DNA of 32,000 bases from Candidatus Jordarchaeales archaeon. GTDB lineage: Archaea > Asgardarchaeota > Jordiarchaeia > Jordiarchaeales > Freyrarchaeaceae. Below the pieces are notes generated by a model, which was not told the origin of the DNA, searched no databases, and was given only the letters and a program-made list of their open reading frames with translations. Location: assembly GCA_038889235.1 (NCBI GenBank), contig JAWAHN010000003.1:143703-175702 (forward strand). The letters are read 5' to 3'. Shown here in pieces: positions 7,454 to 16,409 of this stretch; positions within the stretch are counted from its first letter, which is position 1; every line of letters starts with the position of its first letter. Position numbers and translations under genes: made by a program.

Positions 7454-8683
7454 TTAGTACTTGTAGAAGCCTTTTCCAGTCTTTCTTCCCAGCTCGCCCT
7501 TAGCGACCATCTCTTTGAGCAGTGGGTGTGGTGTGAGCAAGGCTTTGAGGTTGTCTATGTGTCCATACTTCTTCGCTAGTTCTTCTAGCTGCTGGACTAC
7601 GACATCTATTCCAAAGCTGTCAGCCAGCTCAAGCACGCCAAACGGCATGTTGAATCCTAATTTCACGGCCTTGTCGACATCTTCTGGTGTTGCAACCTTG
7701 TTGGCGACGAGCTCGGCTGCTATGTTTATCGAGAGGTATATCCCCCAGAATGGCTGGAACTTCTGCTCGGCGGCCTTAGCCGTGCTTTCATTCCACACAG
7801 ATGGAACTTGCCACTTCTTCTCAGGGTACTTGTAGAAGCCCTCCCCCGTCTTAACGCCAAGCTTACCCTCCTTAAAGAGCTTCTCAATTATCGGCGGCAC
7901 CTTGAACTTGCTTGGCTCACGCTCCTCAAAGAACTTCATAACGTGGTAGTTCGTGTCTATACCAGTGTAGTCCATAAGGCCTAGAGCGCCCATCGGCTGA
8001 CCAGCTCTCAAGTGGAGAACCGAGTCTATCTCCTCAGGCTTGAGAATCCCTTCACTTATAAGCCAGCAGAAGAATATCCCGGGCGGAGTCATAACCCTGT
8101 TAGCTATGAAGCCGGGTACATCCTTCTTGCAGTATACCGGGTCCTTGCCCAGCTTCTTCGCAAGATCGTACGTCACTTTGGCTGTCTCATCACTAGTTTT
8201 TTCGCCGTATATGACCTCGACCAGCCTCATCAGCTGCGGCGGGTTGAAGAAGTGCATCCCCACAACTTTGTCCGGCCTCTTCGTCGCCTTAGCAATCTCA
8301 GTTATCGAAAGCGAGCTCGTGTTAGACGCGAGTATGGCGTGAGGCGGGCATATTTTGTCTAGCTCTTTGAATGTCTCCTGCTTAAGGCTCATGACTTCGG
8401 GTATCGCCTCTATTACGAAGTCCGCCTCTTTGGCCGCCTCCTTGAGGTCTAGCGTTGTAGATATCCTTCCCAGCGTGGCTTTAGCGTCAGCCTCGGAAAT
8501 CTTCTGCTTCTCCACAAGTTTGCTGAGACTCCACTGAATCTTCTGCATTCCCGAGTCGAGAAACTCCTGCTTTATGTCACGCAGCCAGACCTTGTAACCG
8601 GCCATGGCGCAGATCTGGGCTATACCGTGACCCATCAGGCCTGCGCCTAGAACTGTTATAGTCTTGATATCCTCAACTTTCAT
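7454..8683 (-). CDS. 3-hydroxyacyl-CoA dehydrogenase (NAD-binding domain plus two C-terminal domains)
   Basis: GAGLMGHGIAQ, EAIPE, ASNTSSL, GMHFFNPP and GFIANR. The C-terminal domain is duplicated and each copy ends in G.KTG.GFYKY. SD GGAGG present. Confidence 0.95.
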   Translation of the reverse strand: MKVEDIKTITVLGAGLMGHGIAQICAMAGYKVWLRDIKQEFLDSGMQKIQWSLSKLVEKQKISEADAKATLGRISTTLDLKEAAKEADFVIEAIPEVMSLKQETFKELDKICPPHAILASNTSSLSITEIAKATKRPDKVVGMHFFNPPQLMRLVEVIYGEKTSDETAKVTYDLAKKLGKDPVYCKKDVPGFIANRVMTPPGIFFCWLISEGILKPEEIDSVLHLRAGQPMGALGLMDYTGIDTNYHVMKFFEEREPSKFKVPPIIEKLFKEGKLGVKTGEGFYKYPEKKWQVPSVWNESTAKAAEQKFQPFWGIYLSINIAAELVANKVATPEDVDKAVKLGFNMPFGVLELADSFGIDVVVQQLEELAKKYGHIDNLKALLTPHPLLKEMVAKGELGRKTGKGFYKY

Positions 8684-8747
8684 TTCACACCATCCTCCAA
8701 CACGCTCGTCCAGCTAGAGATTGAAACTCTCTATTAAGTCTTTCCCT

Positions 8748-9794
8748 CTACCCCTGGAAGGCTGGAGCTATTTTCTCCATATATGTTTTAAGCACGTACT
8801 TTGGATCTGGCCCGATGTTTATGAGGAGGAAGTGTCTGACGCCAGCTTTCCTGAACTCCTCTATCTTTTCTATGCAGTCTTTCGGTGTTCCGACTATGAA
8901 GAAGTCTGTGAGCATTTCGTCTGTAACTTGCTCTGAGAGTTTAACCAGTTGCGTGAGCATTTCGTTTTCCACAAGCAACTCCTCGAAGTAATACCTCTTG
9001 GAGAACTCCTCGGGGATGTTTAAAGTGTACCCTGCCTGCTCGACTTTCTCCACGGTTGATATCAGCATTCCTTTGTAGAGGCGGGCCCTTTCCAAGGCCT
9101 TCTCGTAGCTTTCGTCAACCGCCGTGTACACTTGGAGAGAAGTGTCTATGTCTCTTATGCTCCGGCCAGCCCTCTCCGCCCCCCTCTTAACATCCTCCAA
9201 GTTTTCCCTGTACGTTTTCGGCGTCTCGGTTATGGGCATCCACCCCTCGCAAAGCTCCCCGGCGAGCTCCCTCGTCTTTGGACCATTTGCACCGAGGTAT
9301 ATCGGTATGGTCTTCTGGACAGGTGTGATCTGGAGGAAGGCGTTCCTAAACTTGAAGTACGTTCCATTGTAGGAGAACTTCTCACCTGACCAAAGCTTCT
9401 TCAGAACCTCCACACCTTCTCTAAGTCTCGTGTAAGGGCGCCCCCATTCTATGCCGAAAGGTTTAATGTTCATCGCCTCTCCCGCTCCCAAGCCAAGGAA
9501 GGCCCTACCACCAGACAAATGGTCGATAGTAGCCATAACTTGAGCGAGGACGGACGGGTGATACCTTACCACGTCTGAAACTCCGGTTCCAAGTCTCACC
9601 CTCTTAGTTGTCATCGAGAGCGCCGACATAAGGCTCAGTGCGTTCGGCGTGAAGCCGGGAGGCACCATCAGCGTGTGATCCGGGATAATCAGCGAGAAGT
9701 AGCCTGCCTCGTCAATCATCCCAGCGATTTTCAAAATCTTGTCCATAGGAGGTAGAGGAGGAGGCAAAAGCATACCGAACTTCACTTCAGACAA
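8748..9794 (-). CDS. Luciferase-like (LLM) oxidoreductase, probably F420-dependent
   Basis: IPDH, LGTGV...RYHP..LAQ..AT.D.LSGGR..LG.GAGE..N and IPIYLGANGPK. TTG start with GGAGGGG SD. Confidence 0.88.
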   Translation of the reverse strand: MSEVKFGMLLPPPLPPMDKILKIAGMIDEAGYFSLIIPDHTLMVPPGFTPNALSLMSALSMTTKRVRLGTGVSDVVRYHPSVLAQVMATIDHLSGGRAFLGLGAGEAMNIKPFGIEWGRPYTRLREGVEVLKKLWSGEKFSYNGTYFKFRNAFLQITPVQKTIPIYLGANGPKTRELAGELCEGWMPITETPKTYRENLEDVKRGAERAGRSIRDIDTSLQVYTAVDESYEKALERARLYKGMLISTVEKVEQAGYTLNIPEEFSKRYYFEELLVENEMLTQLVKLSEQVTDEMLTDFFIVGTPKDCIEKIEEFRKAGVRHFLLINIGPDPKYVLKTYMEKIAPAFQG

Positions 9795-9938
9795 GCTAAC
9801 CCCTCCAACTGGAAAACACTCCTATTCACTGAAATTAAAAGCTTTGCTCGCAAAACACATGTCGAAAGCCCAAGTAGCCTTCACAAAGCTAAACCCCACC
9901 AAGCGAAGATGCCAAGTGGGCGCCAAAACAGCAACCGT

Positions 9939-10173
9939 TTAGGCAGACTCAACAGAGTGCAACACCACCCGCAAGATTCCCCGGCTAGCCAGAAGACAAG
10001 ACACCCTCTCCAAGAACCCGTGAACACACGCCAGAGCCCACCCAGGCCACGACCCACCAAACGAGAGTATAGGACAACTCTCTGAAGGAAAGAACAGCAA
10101 AGCCAGCTTACCCAAGGCCAAAAATCACCGGCTCCTCCAAAACTTCAAAACCCTCAATCGGTGACGCACTCAC
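9939..10173 (-). pseudogene. Possible frameshifted small gene upstream of the LLM gene
   Basis: GTG at 10173 after GAGAGGGTGA opens a 21-codon frame. Removing one T from the T5 run at 10120-10124 joins it to the 9939-10121 ORF. Strong G/T strand skew. Product not recognised. Confidence 0.25.
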
Positions 10174-10232
10174 CCTCTCTTAAATAACCCACCAGCCAAA
10201 CTAAATATCAATATTATTTTAATTTAGTAATG

Positions 10233-10240
10233 TTTATAAT
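10233..10240 (+). promoter_or_regulatory. TATA box of a probably leaderless acyl-CoA dehydrogenase transcript
   Basis: TTTATAAT lies 24 nt upstream of ATG 10264, which lacks an SD. Confidence 0.45.
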
Positions 10241-10263
10241 GTAGCTTAGGTCGGACTTCTCTG

Positions 10264-11520
10264 ATGGTGGTCGGTTTGTTTGACATTGTTTTGAGTGAAG
10301 AGGAGAAAAGGATTAGGGATGAGGTTAGGGAGTTCGTTAGGCGCGAGATAACCAGTGAGTATCTTAACATGCTTGACAGGGATGAGCTCGACTTCCCCTT
10401 GGAAGTTTACAGGAAGTTTGGTGAGAGAAACCTTCTTGGGATCAGGTTTCCGAGGGAGTATGGTGGGCGTGGGAGTACTTGGGTGGCTGAGTGCGCTGCT
10501 GTCGAAGAGGTTGGTGTCGTCGGCTCAGCTATAGGGTGCGCTTACTCCATGCCCAGCATTGTTGGTGAGGCGCTTTACCACTTTGGGACTGAGGAGCAGA
10601 AGAGGAAGTACCTTGTGCCCATGCTTAAGGGGAAACTGGTTTCGGCTGAGGCGCTGACGGAGCCCCGCGGGGGCGGTGGCTCAGACTTCTTTGGAACGAC
10701 GACCGTTGCCCGGAAGGAAGGCGAGTATTATATCCTCAATGGGGAGAAGAGGTTTATAGCTGGAGGCAAGACAGCGGACTTCATACTGGTTTACGCTAGG
10801 ACGAACCTCGACCCCAGTGTTCCCGGCCATAGGGCTATAAGTGCCTTCATAGTTGAAAGGAACATGGGTGTCGAAGTCGCATACTCCTACAAGCTCCTCG
10901 GCTTTAGAGGGATGGGGACCTCGCGGCTGGTTTTCAAGGATGTTCAAGTTCCAGCCGAGAACCTCCTCGGAAGGGAGAACGAGGGAGCGGCTATATTCAA
11001 CAAGATGATGGTGCCGGAGAGGCTTACGTCCGCCGCTGGGGCGATAGGTGGCGGCCGGGCGGCACTAGATGTCGCGATAAGGTATAGCATTCTGAGGAAA
11101 GCCTTCGGTAGACCTATAAGGGACTTTCAAGGGGTGAGCTTCAAGGTTGCTGACAGCGTGATGAAACTTGACGCGGCGAGGGCTCTGACGTATATGGCTG
11201 CTAGGACAGCTGACCTTGGGCTTGACGCTAGGAGGCTTGTTGCTGAGGCTAAGGCGTTTGCCACAGAGGCGGCATGGGAGGCTGTGAACAACGCCATGCA
11301 AATACTAGGAGGGATAGGATACACCACTGTTTACCCGGTGGAAAGGGCGCTCAGAGACGCGCGCTTGGGCCTCATATGGACTGGGTCGAACGAAGTCATG
11401 AGGATGATAATACAGCACGAGGTTTACAAAGAGTACTTGAAAGGGGAAAGGCCGCCTGTCAGGGACGTAGAGGAAGACGCCGCGGACGCCGACAAGACAG
11501 AGGAGAAGAGGTATGAGTGA
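10264..11520 (+). CDS. Acyl-CoA dehydrogenase
   Basis: ALTEP...GSD, NGEKRFI, LGFRG, R.AFGRPI.DFQGV, QILGGIGY and GSNEVMR. Confidence 0.95.
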   Translation: MVVGLFDIVLSEEEKRIRDEVREFVRREITSEYLNMLDRDELDFPLEVYRKFGERNLLGIRFPREYGGRGSTWVAECAAVEEVGVVGSAIGCAYSMPSIVGEALYHFGTEEQKRKYLVPMLKGKLVSAEALTEPRGGGGSDFFGTTTVARKEGEYYILNGEKRFIAGGKTADFILVYARTNLDPSVPGHRAISAFIVERNMGVEVAYSYKLLGFRGMGTSRLVFKDVQVPAENLLGRENEGAAIFNKMMVPERLTSAAGAIGGGRAALDVAIRYSILRKAFGRPIRDFQGVSFKVADSVMKLDAARALTYMAARTADLGLDARRLVAEAKAFATEAAWEAVNNAMQILGGIGYTTVYPVERALRDARLGLIWTGSNEVMRMIIQHEVYKEYLKGERPPVRDVEEDAADADKTEEKRYE

Positions 11521-11629
11521 GCCAAGCGTTGTAAAGGTTAGCTTTGACGCGCAAATCAAATAGTTTTTAGGGAAGTGAGACAATACAATTAGTCTGTGTT
11601 CTCTCGTACTGGGTGAGAGGTGTTTCGTT

Positions 11630-12853
11630 TTGAAGGCGTGCGTTTTAGGTTGCGGCACTGTTGGTGGAACGGCCGCGATGATCCTGGGCGGCAGCGAGCT
11701 GTTCGACGAAATAGTCTTGGGAGATATTCGAGTGGAAGCTGCGAAGAGGATAGTCCCGTTCTGCAAGTGCAAGACTGAGGCTAAGCGTGTAGACGTGAAC
11801 AACAAGAACAGTTTGAAGAAGTTTATGAGAGGCGCGGACGTCATATTAAACTGTACGGGTCCGTTCTACGAGTATGGACCAAAGGTTTTAAGGGCCGCGA
11901 TAGAGGCCGGGGTAAACTATGTTGACGTATGCGACGACTTGGACGCGACGCTTGAGCAGCTGAAAATGGACGAGGACGCGAAGAAAGCGGGTGTGACCGC
12001 GCTCATAGGCATGGGCAGCTCGCCTGGTCTCGCCAACGTGATAGCGAAGTACTGCGCTGAGAACCTCTTGGACGAAACAGAGGCCATAGACATACTCCAC
12101 GTTCACGGAGGGGAGGCGAGTGAGGGAGCTGCTGTGATAAAGCACAGGATACACTCGATGATGATGGACATACCAATGTTCCTAGACGGGAAAATGGTGA
12201 CAGTTAGGCTTTTCGAGGAGAGTGGGAGGGCCCTTGAGACGGACGTGGAGTTCCCGGAAATCGGAACATACCGTGTCCACGCGTACCCCCACCCTGAAAC
12301 GATAACCCTGCCAAAGTACATCAAGGGAGTTAAGAGGGTGACAAACCTCGGCACGGTTGCGCCTCCAAAGTACATTAACCTCATAAAGGACGTAGTCAGG
12401 CTCGGGATGACCAGCGAGGAGCCCATAGAAGTGCAGGGGCGAAAGGTCGTCCCGCTGGAGTTCGCGGTCGCTTTCATACTCTCGCAGAGAGAAAAGATAC
12501 TCAAGGAGGCCGGCATGACTCAAGCCATGGGGTGTCTCAAGATAGACGTTAAGGGGAAGAAGAAGGGGGAAGAAGTAACATACTCGTTCTCCTTCACATC
12601 TAAAGGGGCGGGGATGGGTGAAGGAACAGGGATACCAGCAGCAATAGGAACAATATTAATGGCGCAGGGGAAAGTCCACGGGAAAGGTGTGCTCCCACCG
12701 GAGGCTTGCCTAGACCCAATGGATGTCCTAAAGTTGGCACAAGAGATCCTCAAGCGCATGGGGGCTAAAGGCATACCCCTCATAGTGGAGATCACAGACA
12801 AGAAGGGCAAGAGAAGGGTTAAACTAGAAGAAGTCATACCCGGGCTAGCCTAA
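11630..12853 (+). CDS. Saccharopine dehydrogenase-like NAD(P)-dependent oxidoreductase (paralog 1)
   Basis: LGCGTVG Rossmann motif, NCTGPFY, YVDVCDD, GMGSSPGL, HPETITLP and GTGIPAAIG. TTG start with GGTGAGAGGTG SD. Confidence 0.85.
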   Translation: MKACVLGCGTVGGTAAMILGGSELFDEIVLGDIRVEAAKRIVPFCKCKTEAKRVDVNNKNSLKKFMRGADVILNCTGPFYEYGPKVLRAAIEAGVNYVDVCDDLDATLEQLKMDEDAKKAGVTALIGMGSSPGLANVIAKYCAENLLDETEAIDILHVHGGEASEGAAVIKHRIHSMMMDIPMFLDGKMVTVRLFEESGRALETDVEFPEIGTYRVHAYPHPETITLPKYIKGVKRVTNLGTVAPPKYINLIKDVVRLGMTSEEPIEVQGRKVVPLEFAVAFILSQREKILKEAGMTQAMGCLKIDVKGKKKGEEVTYSFSFTSKGAGMGEGTGIPAAIGTILMAQGKVHGKGVLPPEACLDPMDVLKLAQEILKRMGAKGIPLIVEITDKKGKRRVKLEEVIPGLA

Positions 12854-12870
12854 ACCCCCCTTTTTCCCTC
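12854..12870 (+). terminator. Pyrimidine/oligo-T tract after the saccharopine dehydrogenase-like gene
   Basis: A C-run then a T-run follow the stop codon directly, as in archaeal intrinsic terminators. Confidence 0.35.
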
Positions 12871-13088
12871 TGACTCCACTAACCTGCATGTTGAAAACCC
12901 ATAGTATGCGACTTTTACTCGTCCAACTAAAACTTGAAAAGAGAAAGATGTTCTATTAGACGATTAATAGAAGAGCTATGCAGATGAGAAGCAAGGTTGG
13001 CTGGAGAGATGCTCTCCCCTCATTAGGGAACGTGAAATTTAACTCATCTTCGTTGCAGGCTTCATTGTAGAAAAAAGGGTGTTCCGCC

Positions 13089-13934
13089 TTGGAGGCTGCT
13101 TTACTTGTTTTTGGTGACAAGTACGATAGGTTGAGGAGGTTCATCCTTGATAAGGGGAGAAATGGTGTTGTCGTCGCCTTTTCCGGCGGTGTTGATAGTT
13201 CCACACTGGCCGCTGTATGTCGCAGACTGCTGGGGGACAAGGCTGCCGCGGTAACCGTGGTTTCGCCACTCCACCCTCCCGAGGAGGTCGAAGAGGCGTG
13301 CAGGGTCGCGCGTGAGATAGGTGTGAGACACCTTCTTGTTGAGGGTGACCAGCTTTCAGATGAGAACTTTGTCCGGAACATGGAGGACAGGTGTTACCAC
13401 TGCAAGAAGGGTATGTTGAAGACGCTGAGGAAGGTTGCAGACGAACTCGGGTTTGAGGCGATTTTCGAGGGGACGAGCTTCTCGGATTTGGGGGGTCATA
13501 GGCCTGGGTGGAAGGCTGTCATTGAAGTGGACCGTGTTTACAGCCCGTGGGTTGAAGCGAGGTTCACGAAGGACGAAATTAGGGCGTTTGCCAGGGCGCT
13601 GGGTCTCTCGGTGCACGACAAGCCCTCAACAGCGTGCCTAGCAACGCGCATACCCTTTAATGAAAGGATAACAGTCGAGAAGCTTGTAAGGGTAGGTAGG
13701 GCTGAAAGCGTCGTGAAGCGCATAGCAGGGGTAAGGCAGGTTAGGGTGAGAGATCACTGCGGATTGGCGAGGATAGAGGTTAGCAGGAGTGAGCTCGAAA
13801 GGATGCTCAGCTTAGAAGTGTTGGACTCCGTTGCTAGGGAACTTAAAAAACTCGGTTTCAACTATGTCACCTTAGACTTGGAGGGGTATAGGGAGGGGAG
13901 CATGCTTCTAACGGCCAGAGGCTCTGGTAGCTAG
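13089..13934 (+). CDS. larE: LarE-family ATP-dependent sulfur transferase (PP-loop)
   Basis: AFSGGVDS PP-loop, RCYHCK, HRPG, PSTACLATRIP, VRVRDH..LARIEV and GFNYVTLDLEGYREGS. Confidence 0.9.
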   Translation: MEAALLVFGDKYDRLRRFILDKGRNGVVVAFSGGVDSSTLAAVCRRLLGDKAAAVTVVSPLHPPEEVEEACRVAREIGVRHLLVEGDQLSDENFVRNMEDRCYHCKKGMLKTLRKVADELGFEAIFEGTSFSDLGGHRPGWKAVIEVDRVYSPWVEARFTKDEIRAFARALGLSVHDKPSTACLATRIPFNERITVEKLVRVGRAESVVKRIAGVRQVRVRDHCGLARIEVSRSELERMLSLEVLDSVARELKKLGFNYVTLDLEGYREGSMLLTARGSGS

Positions 13935-14021
13935 CCTGAAAGCTGGTGGTAAGCTTTGGGAGCAACGTTGAGAAAAGTGTTCTCGAAGCACAGAGTATTT
14001 GTCCACTCTTCTTAGGGGTTT

Positions 14022-14396
14022 TCAGCACTTGAAGAAGAGCCAGCCGTCTTTCACTTTTTCAAACCTTATCAGGCAGTATCGTCCCCTCAGTTTTTCCCCC
14101 TTCATGTAGACGACTATCTCCTTGTCGGTCCACTTCTCCTCCTCGTAAACCCCCCGGTCCCATATTTCCACTTTCCCCGCTCCATACTCCCCTTCGGGGA
14201 TTATCCCTTCGAAGGACGCGTAGTCTAATGGGTGGTCTGCTACGGCTACAGCGAGCCTTTTCACGCCCCTTGTAGTCGGCGGCTCTTTGGGTACCGCCCA
14301 GCTTTTAAGAACACCGTCTTTCTCCAGTCTTAAATCCCAGTGCAGGTGGCTGGCGTAATGCTTCTGGATAACATAAATTCTTTCAGAACTCTTCAC
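14022..14396 (-). CDS. Stand-alone LigD-type DNA 3'-phosphoesterase (PE domain)
   Basis: [32 protein letters not shown]...[27 protein letters not shown] 14396 is preferred because it sits about 26 nt below a TTTTTATT box; the ORF-track ATG is at 14441. Confidence 0.92.
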   Translation of the reverse strand: MKSSERIYVIQKHYASHLHWDLRLEKDGVLKSWAVPKEPPTTRGVKRLAVAVADHPLDYASFEGIIPEGEYGAGKVEIWDRGVYEEEKWTDKEIVVYMKGEKLRGRYCLIRFEKVKDGWLFFKC

Positions 14397-14565
14397 GAGA
14401 TAATTGAAGCCTAGTGCTCCCAATAAAAATTTAACTTTCATGGGTCGGCGCCGGTTCCTTCCCTTGGAAAACTCTAAACATTTAAGCCCACAAGCAGCGT
14501 TTGAGAATGAGAAAAGTAAATAAGCCAGGTGGAATGAGAGTTGGCTCGCAAGGGAGGGGAATAGT

Positions 14566-15741
14566 ATGTGGAATGTTGTTATCGCTGGTTACTTGAGGAC
14601 GCCCATCTCCCGTTCTCGGCCAAGAGAGCCTGAAAAAGATGTGTTTAACAGTTTGAGGGCGGACGAGCTAGCTGCGATAGTTGTCAGAGAACTCGTGGAG
14701 CGGTCTGGGATAGACAAGAAGGACATTGACCACTGCATAATGGGGTGTGCCAACCAGTCTGGGGAACAGTTCAACTATGGTGGAAGGCTGATAAGCCTCC
14801 AGGCTGGGCTGGAGTTTGAGACACCGGCTCTCGGCGTTGAACGACAATGCGGCTCAGCAATGACTGCGATCGGGATAGGGGCAATGGAGATAGAGACAGG
14901 GGTCTCCGAAGTAGTCATAGCAGGCGGCTACGAGCACATGACTCACGTTCCCATGGGTGCAAACGTGAACCCCAACCCGGAGTACATAAAGAGGGAGAAG
15001 AGGTTCGACTGGATGATAGCGTTCAACATGGGCTTAACGGCGGAAAAGCTCGCTGAAGAGTCAGGCATAACAAAACAGGAAATGGACGAGTGGTCCCTGA
15101 GAAGCCACCAGCTCGCCGCTAAAGCGTACAGGGAGGGCTACTTCAAAGGCGAAATCCTCCCGATAGAGGTCACATTGCCAGACGGCAAGAAAACGGTGAT
15201 AGACCGGGATCAGAGTATTAGGGAGGACACGACGCTCGAAAAGATTGCCAGTCTACCTCCGGCGTTCAAGCCGGGTGGCGTAATAACTGCTGGCAACTCG
15301 TCCCCCCTAAACGCCGGCGCTGGTGCAGTCCTCTTGATGAGCGAAAGGAAGGCTAAAGAGTACGGCATTGAGCCTATGGCATACGTGAGGTACGCTGCCT
15401 GGGCCGGAGTAGACCCAAGCGTTATGGGCAAGGGCCCCGTCCCGGCCTCAAGGAAAATATTGAAGAAGGCTAACCTCAAGGTGAGCGACATAGACTTCTG
15501 GGAGATAAACGAGGCGTTCGCCGTCGTGACACTTTACTGCATAAAAGAGCTCGGCATAAACCCGGACATCGTAAACGTTAAGGGCGGAGCGATAGCCATC
15601 GGCCACCCGCTGGGCATGACTGGAGCAAGACTGACGGGAACGCTAGCGAGAATACTAAACCTCATGGATGGCAGGTATGGCATCGCGACAATGTGCTGTG
15701 GCGGAGGACAGGGAACGGCAGTCCTAATAGAAAGACCGTGA
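14566..15741 (+). CDS. Acetyl-CoA C-acyltransferase (classical thiolase)
   Basis: ERQCGS (nucleophilic Cys), [27 protein letters not shown] and [18 protein letters not shown]. Confidence 0.95.
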   Translation: MWNVVIAGYLRTPISRSRPREPEKDVFNSLRADELAAIVVRELVERSGIDKKDIDHCIMGCANQSGEQFNYGGRLISLQAGLEFETPALGVERQCGSAMTAIGIGAMEIETGVSEVVIAGGYEHMTHVPMGANVNPNPEYIKREKRFDWMIAFNMGLTAEKLAEESGITKQEMDEWSLRSHQLAAKAYREGYFKGEILPIEVTLPDGKKTVIDRDQSIREDTTLEKIASLPPAFKPGGVITAGNSSPLNAGAGAVLLMSERKAKEYGIEPMAYVRYAAWAGVDPSVMGKGPVPASRKILKKANLKVSDIDFWEINEAFAVVTLYCIKELGINPDIVNVKGGAIAIGHPLGMTGARLTGTLARILNLMDGRYGIATMCCGGGQGTAVLIERP

Positions 15742-16299
15742 ACACCCCTCCCCCTATTTTGATTTTTAGAGGAAAGAAAGAGGCAGGGATGTGAACCTGG
15801 CTACCGCTAGTTGCAACGTGAAACTCTTAGAAGCTTAGGGGAGGCTTGCCAACCCCTCGTTAAAGCATCCCGTCTGCGGCCAGGGATGGTGAGGGGGGAG
15901 ATTTTTTAGACGAAAAGAGGCTACGTTAATGTTCCACGTTGCTGTGCTCCGTCCCGGGACACTAAATAGCCGACTGCGCTGTTAATAGTTCAGCGTTATA
16001 ACGGCGAGCCACGGTTAATGATCGTTACCTAATACGAACCCCCCTTTTCAGCCTTCTAAGGGAAACCGGCTGGAGTGCGTAGAATGCAATGTAGAGCCCC
16101 CTCTTGGGGTCAACGAACCCGGTTGGGATTCAAGCGTCATGTGGAGTTGGGGCTTAACACCTGCAATCGAAGCCCTCAGAGTTTGAGCGCTTTGGTTTCA
16201 ACTGTGTTGCGACAGGTGCGTTTACGCCTAGGGTGCCGTTGATCTTGTGCCGCAAAAGAGTTACATTTTTGCCAGTGTTATTGGCATTTAGCGGCTTAC

Positions 16300-16344
16300 T
16301 TGGCTAAAGTTAGGATCGACAGGTTTGGGAGGATATTGATACCA
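16300..16344 (+). pseudogene. Remnant of an AbrB/MazE/SpoVT-type DNA-binding (antitoxin-like) gene
   Basis: MAKVRIDRFGRILIP matches the AbrB N-terminal signature (V.VD..GRI.IP). Similarity stops abruptly after IP. Confidence 0.45.
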
Positions 16345-16409
16345 AGAACATGCTCTCCTCGGGGGAAGTTTAAAAAAAGAAAGGTCAAAAAAGGGAGGTG
16401 GATTCTCTC

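Noticed and set aside
7457-7840. 15-bp direct repeat GTACTTGTAGAAGCC (7457-7471 and 7826-7840)
   Set aside because: Explained by the duplicated C-terminal domain of the dehydrogenase (GFYKY twice), a known architecture.
15960-16060. Possible PIN-toxin remnant on the minus strand (LKRGVRIR*RSLTVARRYNAELLTA)
   Set aside because: Only vague similarity, the diagnostic Asp residues are missing, and it is on the opposite strand from the AbrB stub.
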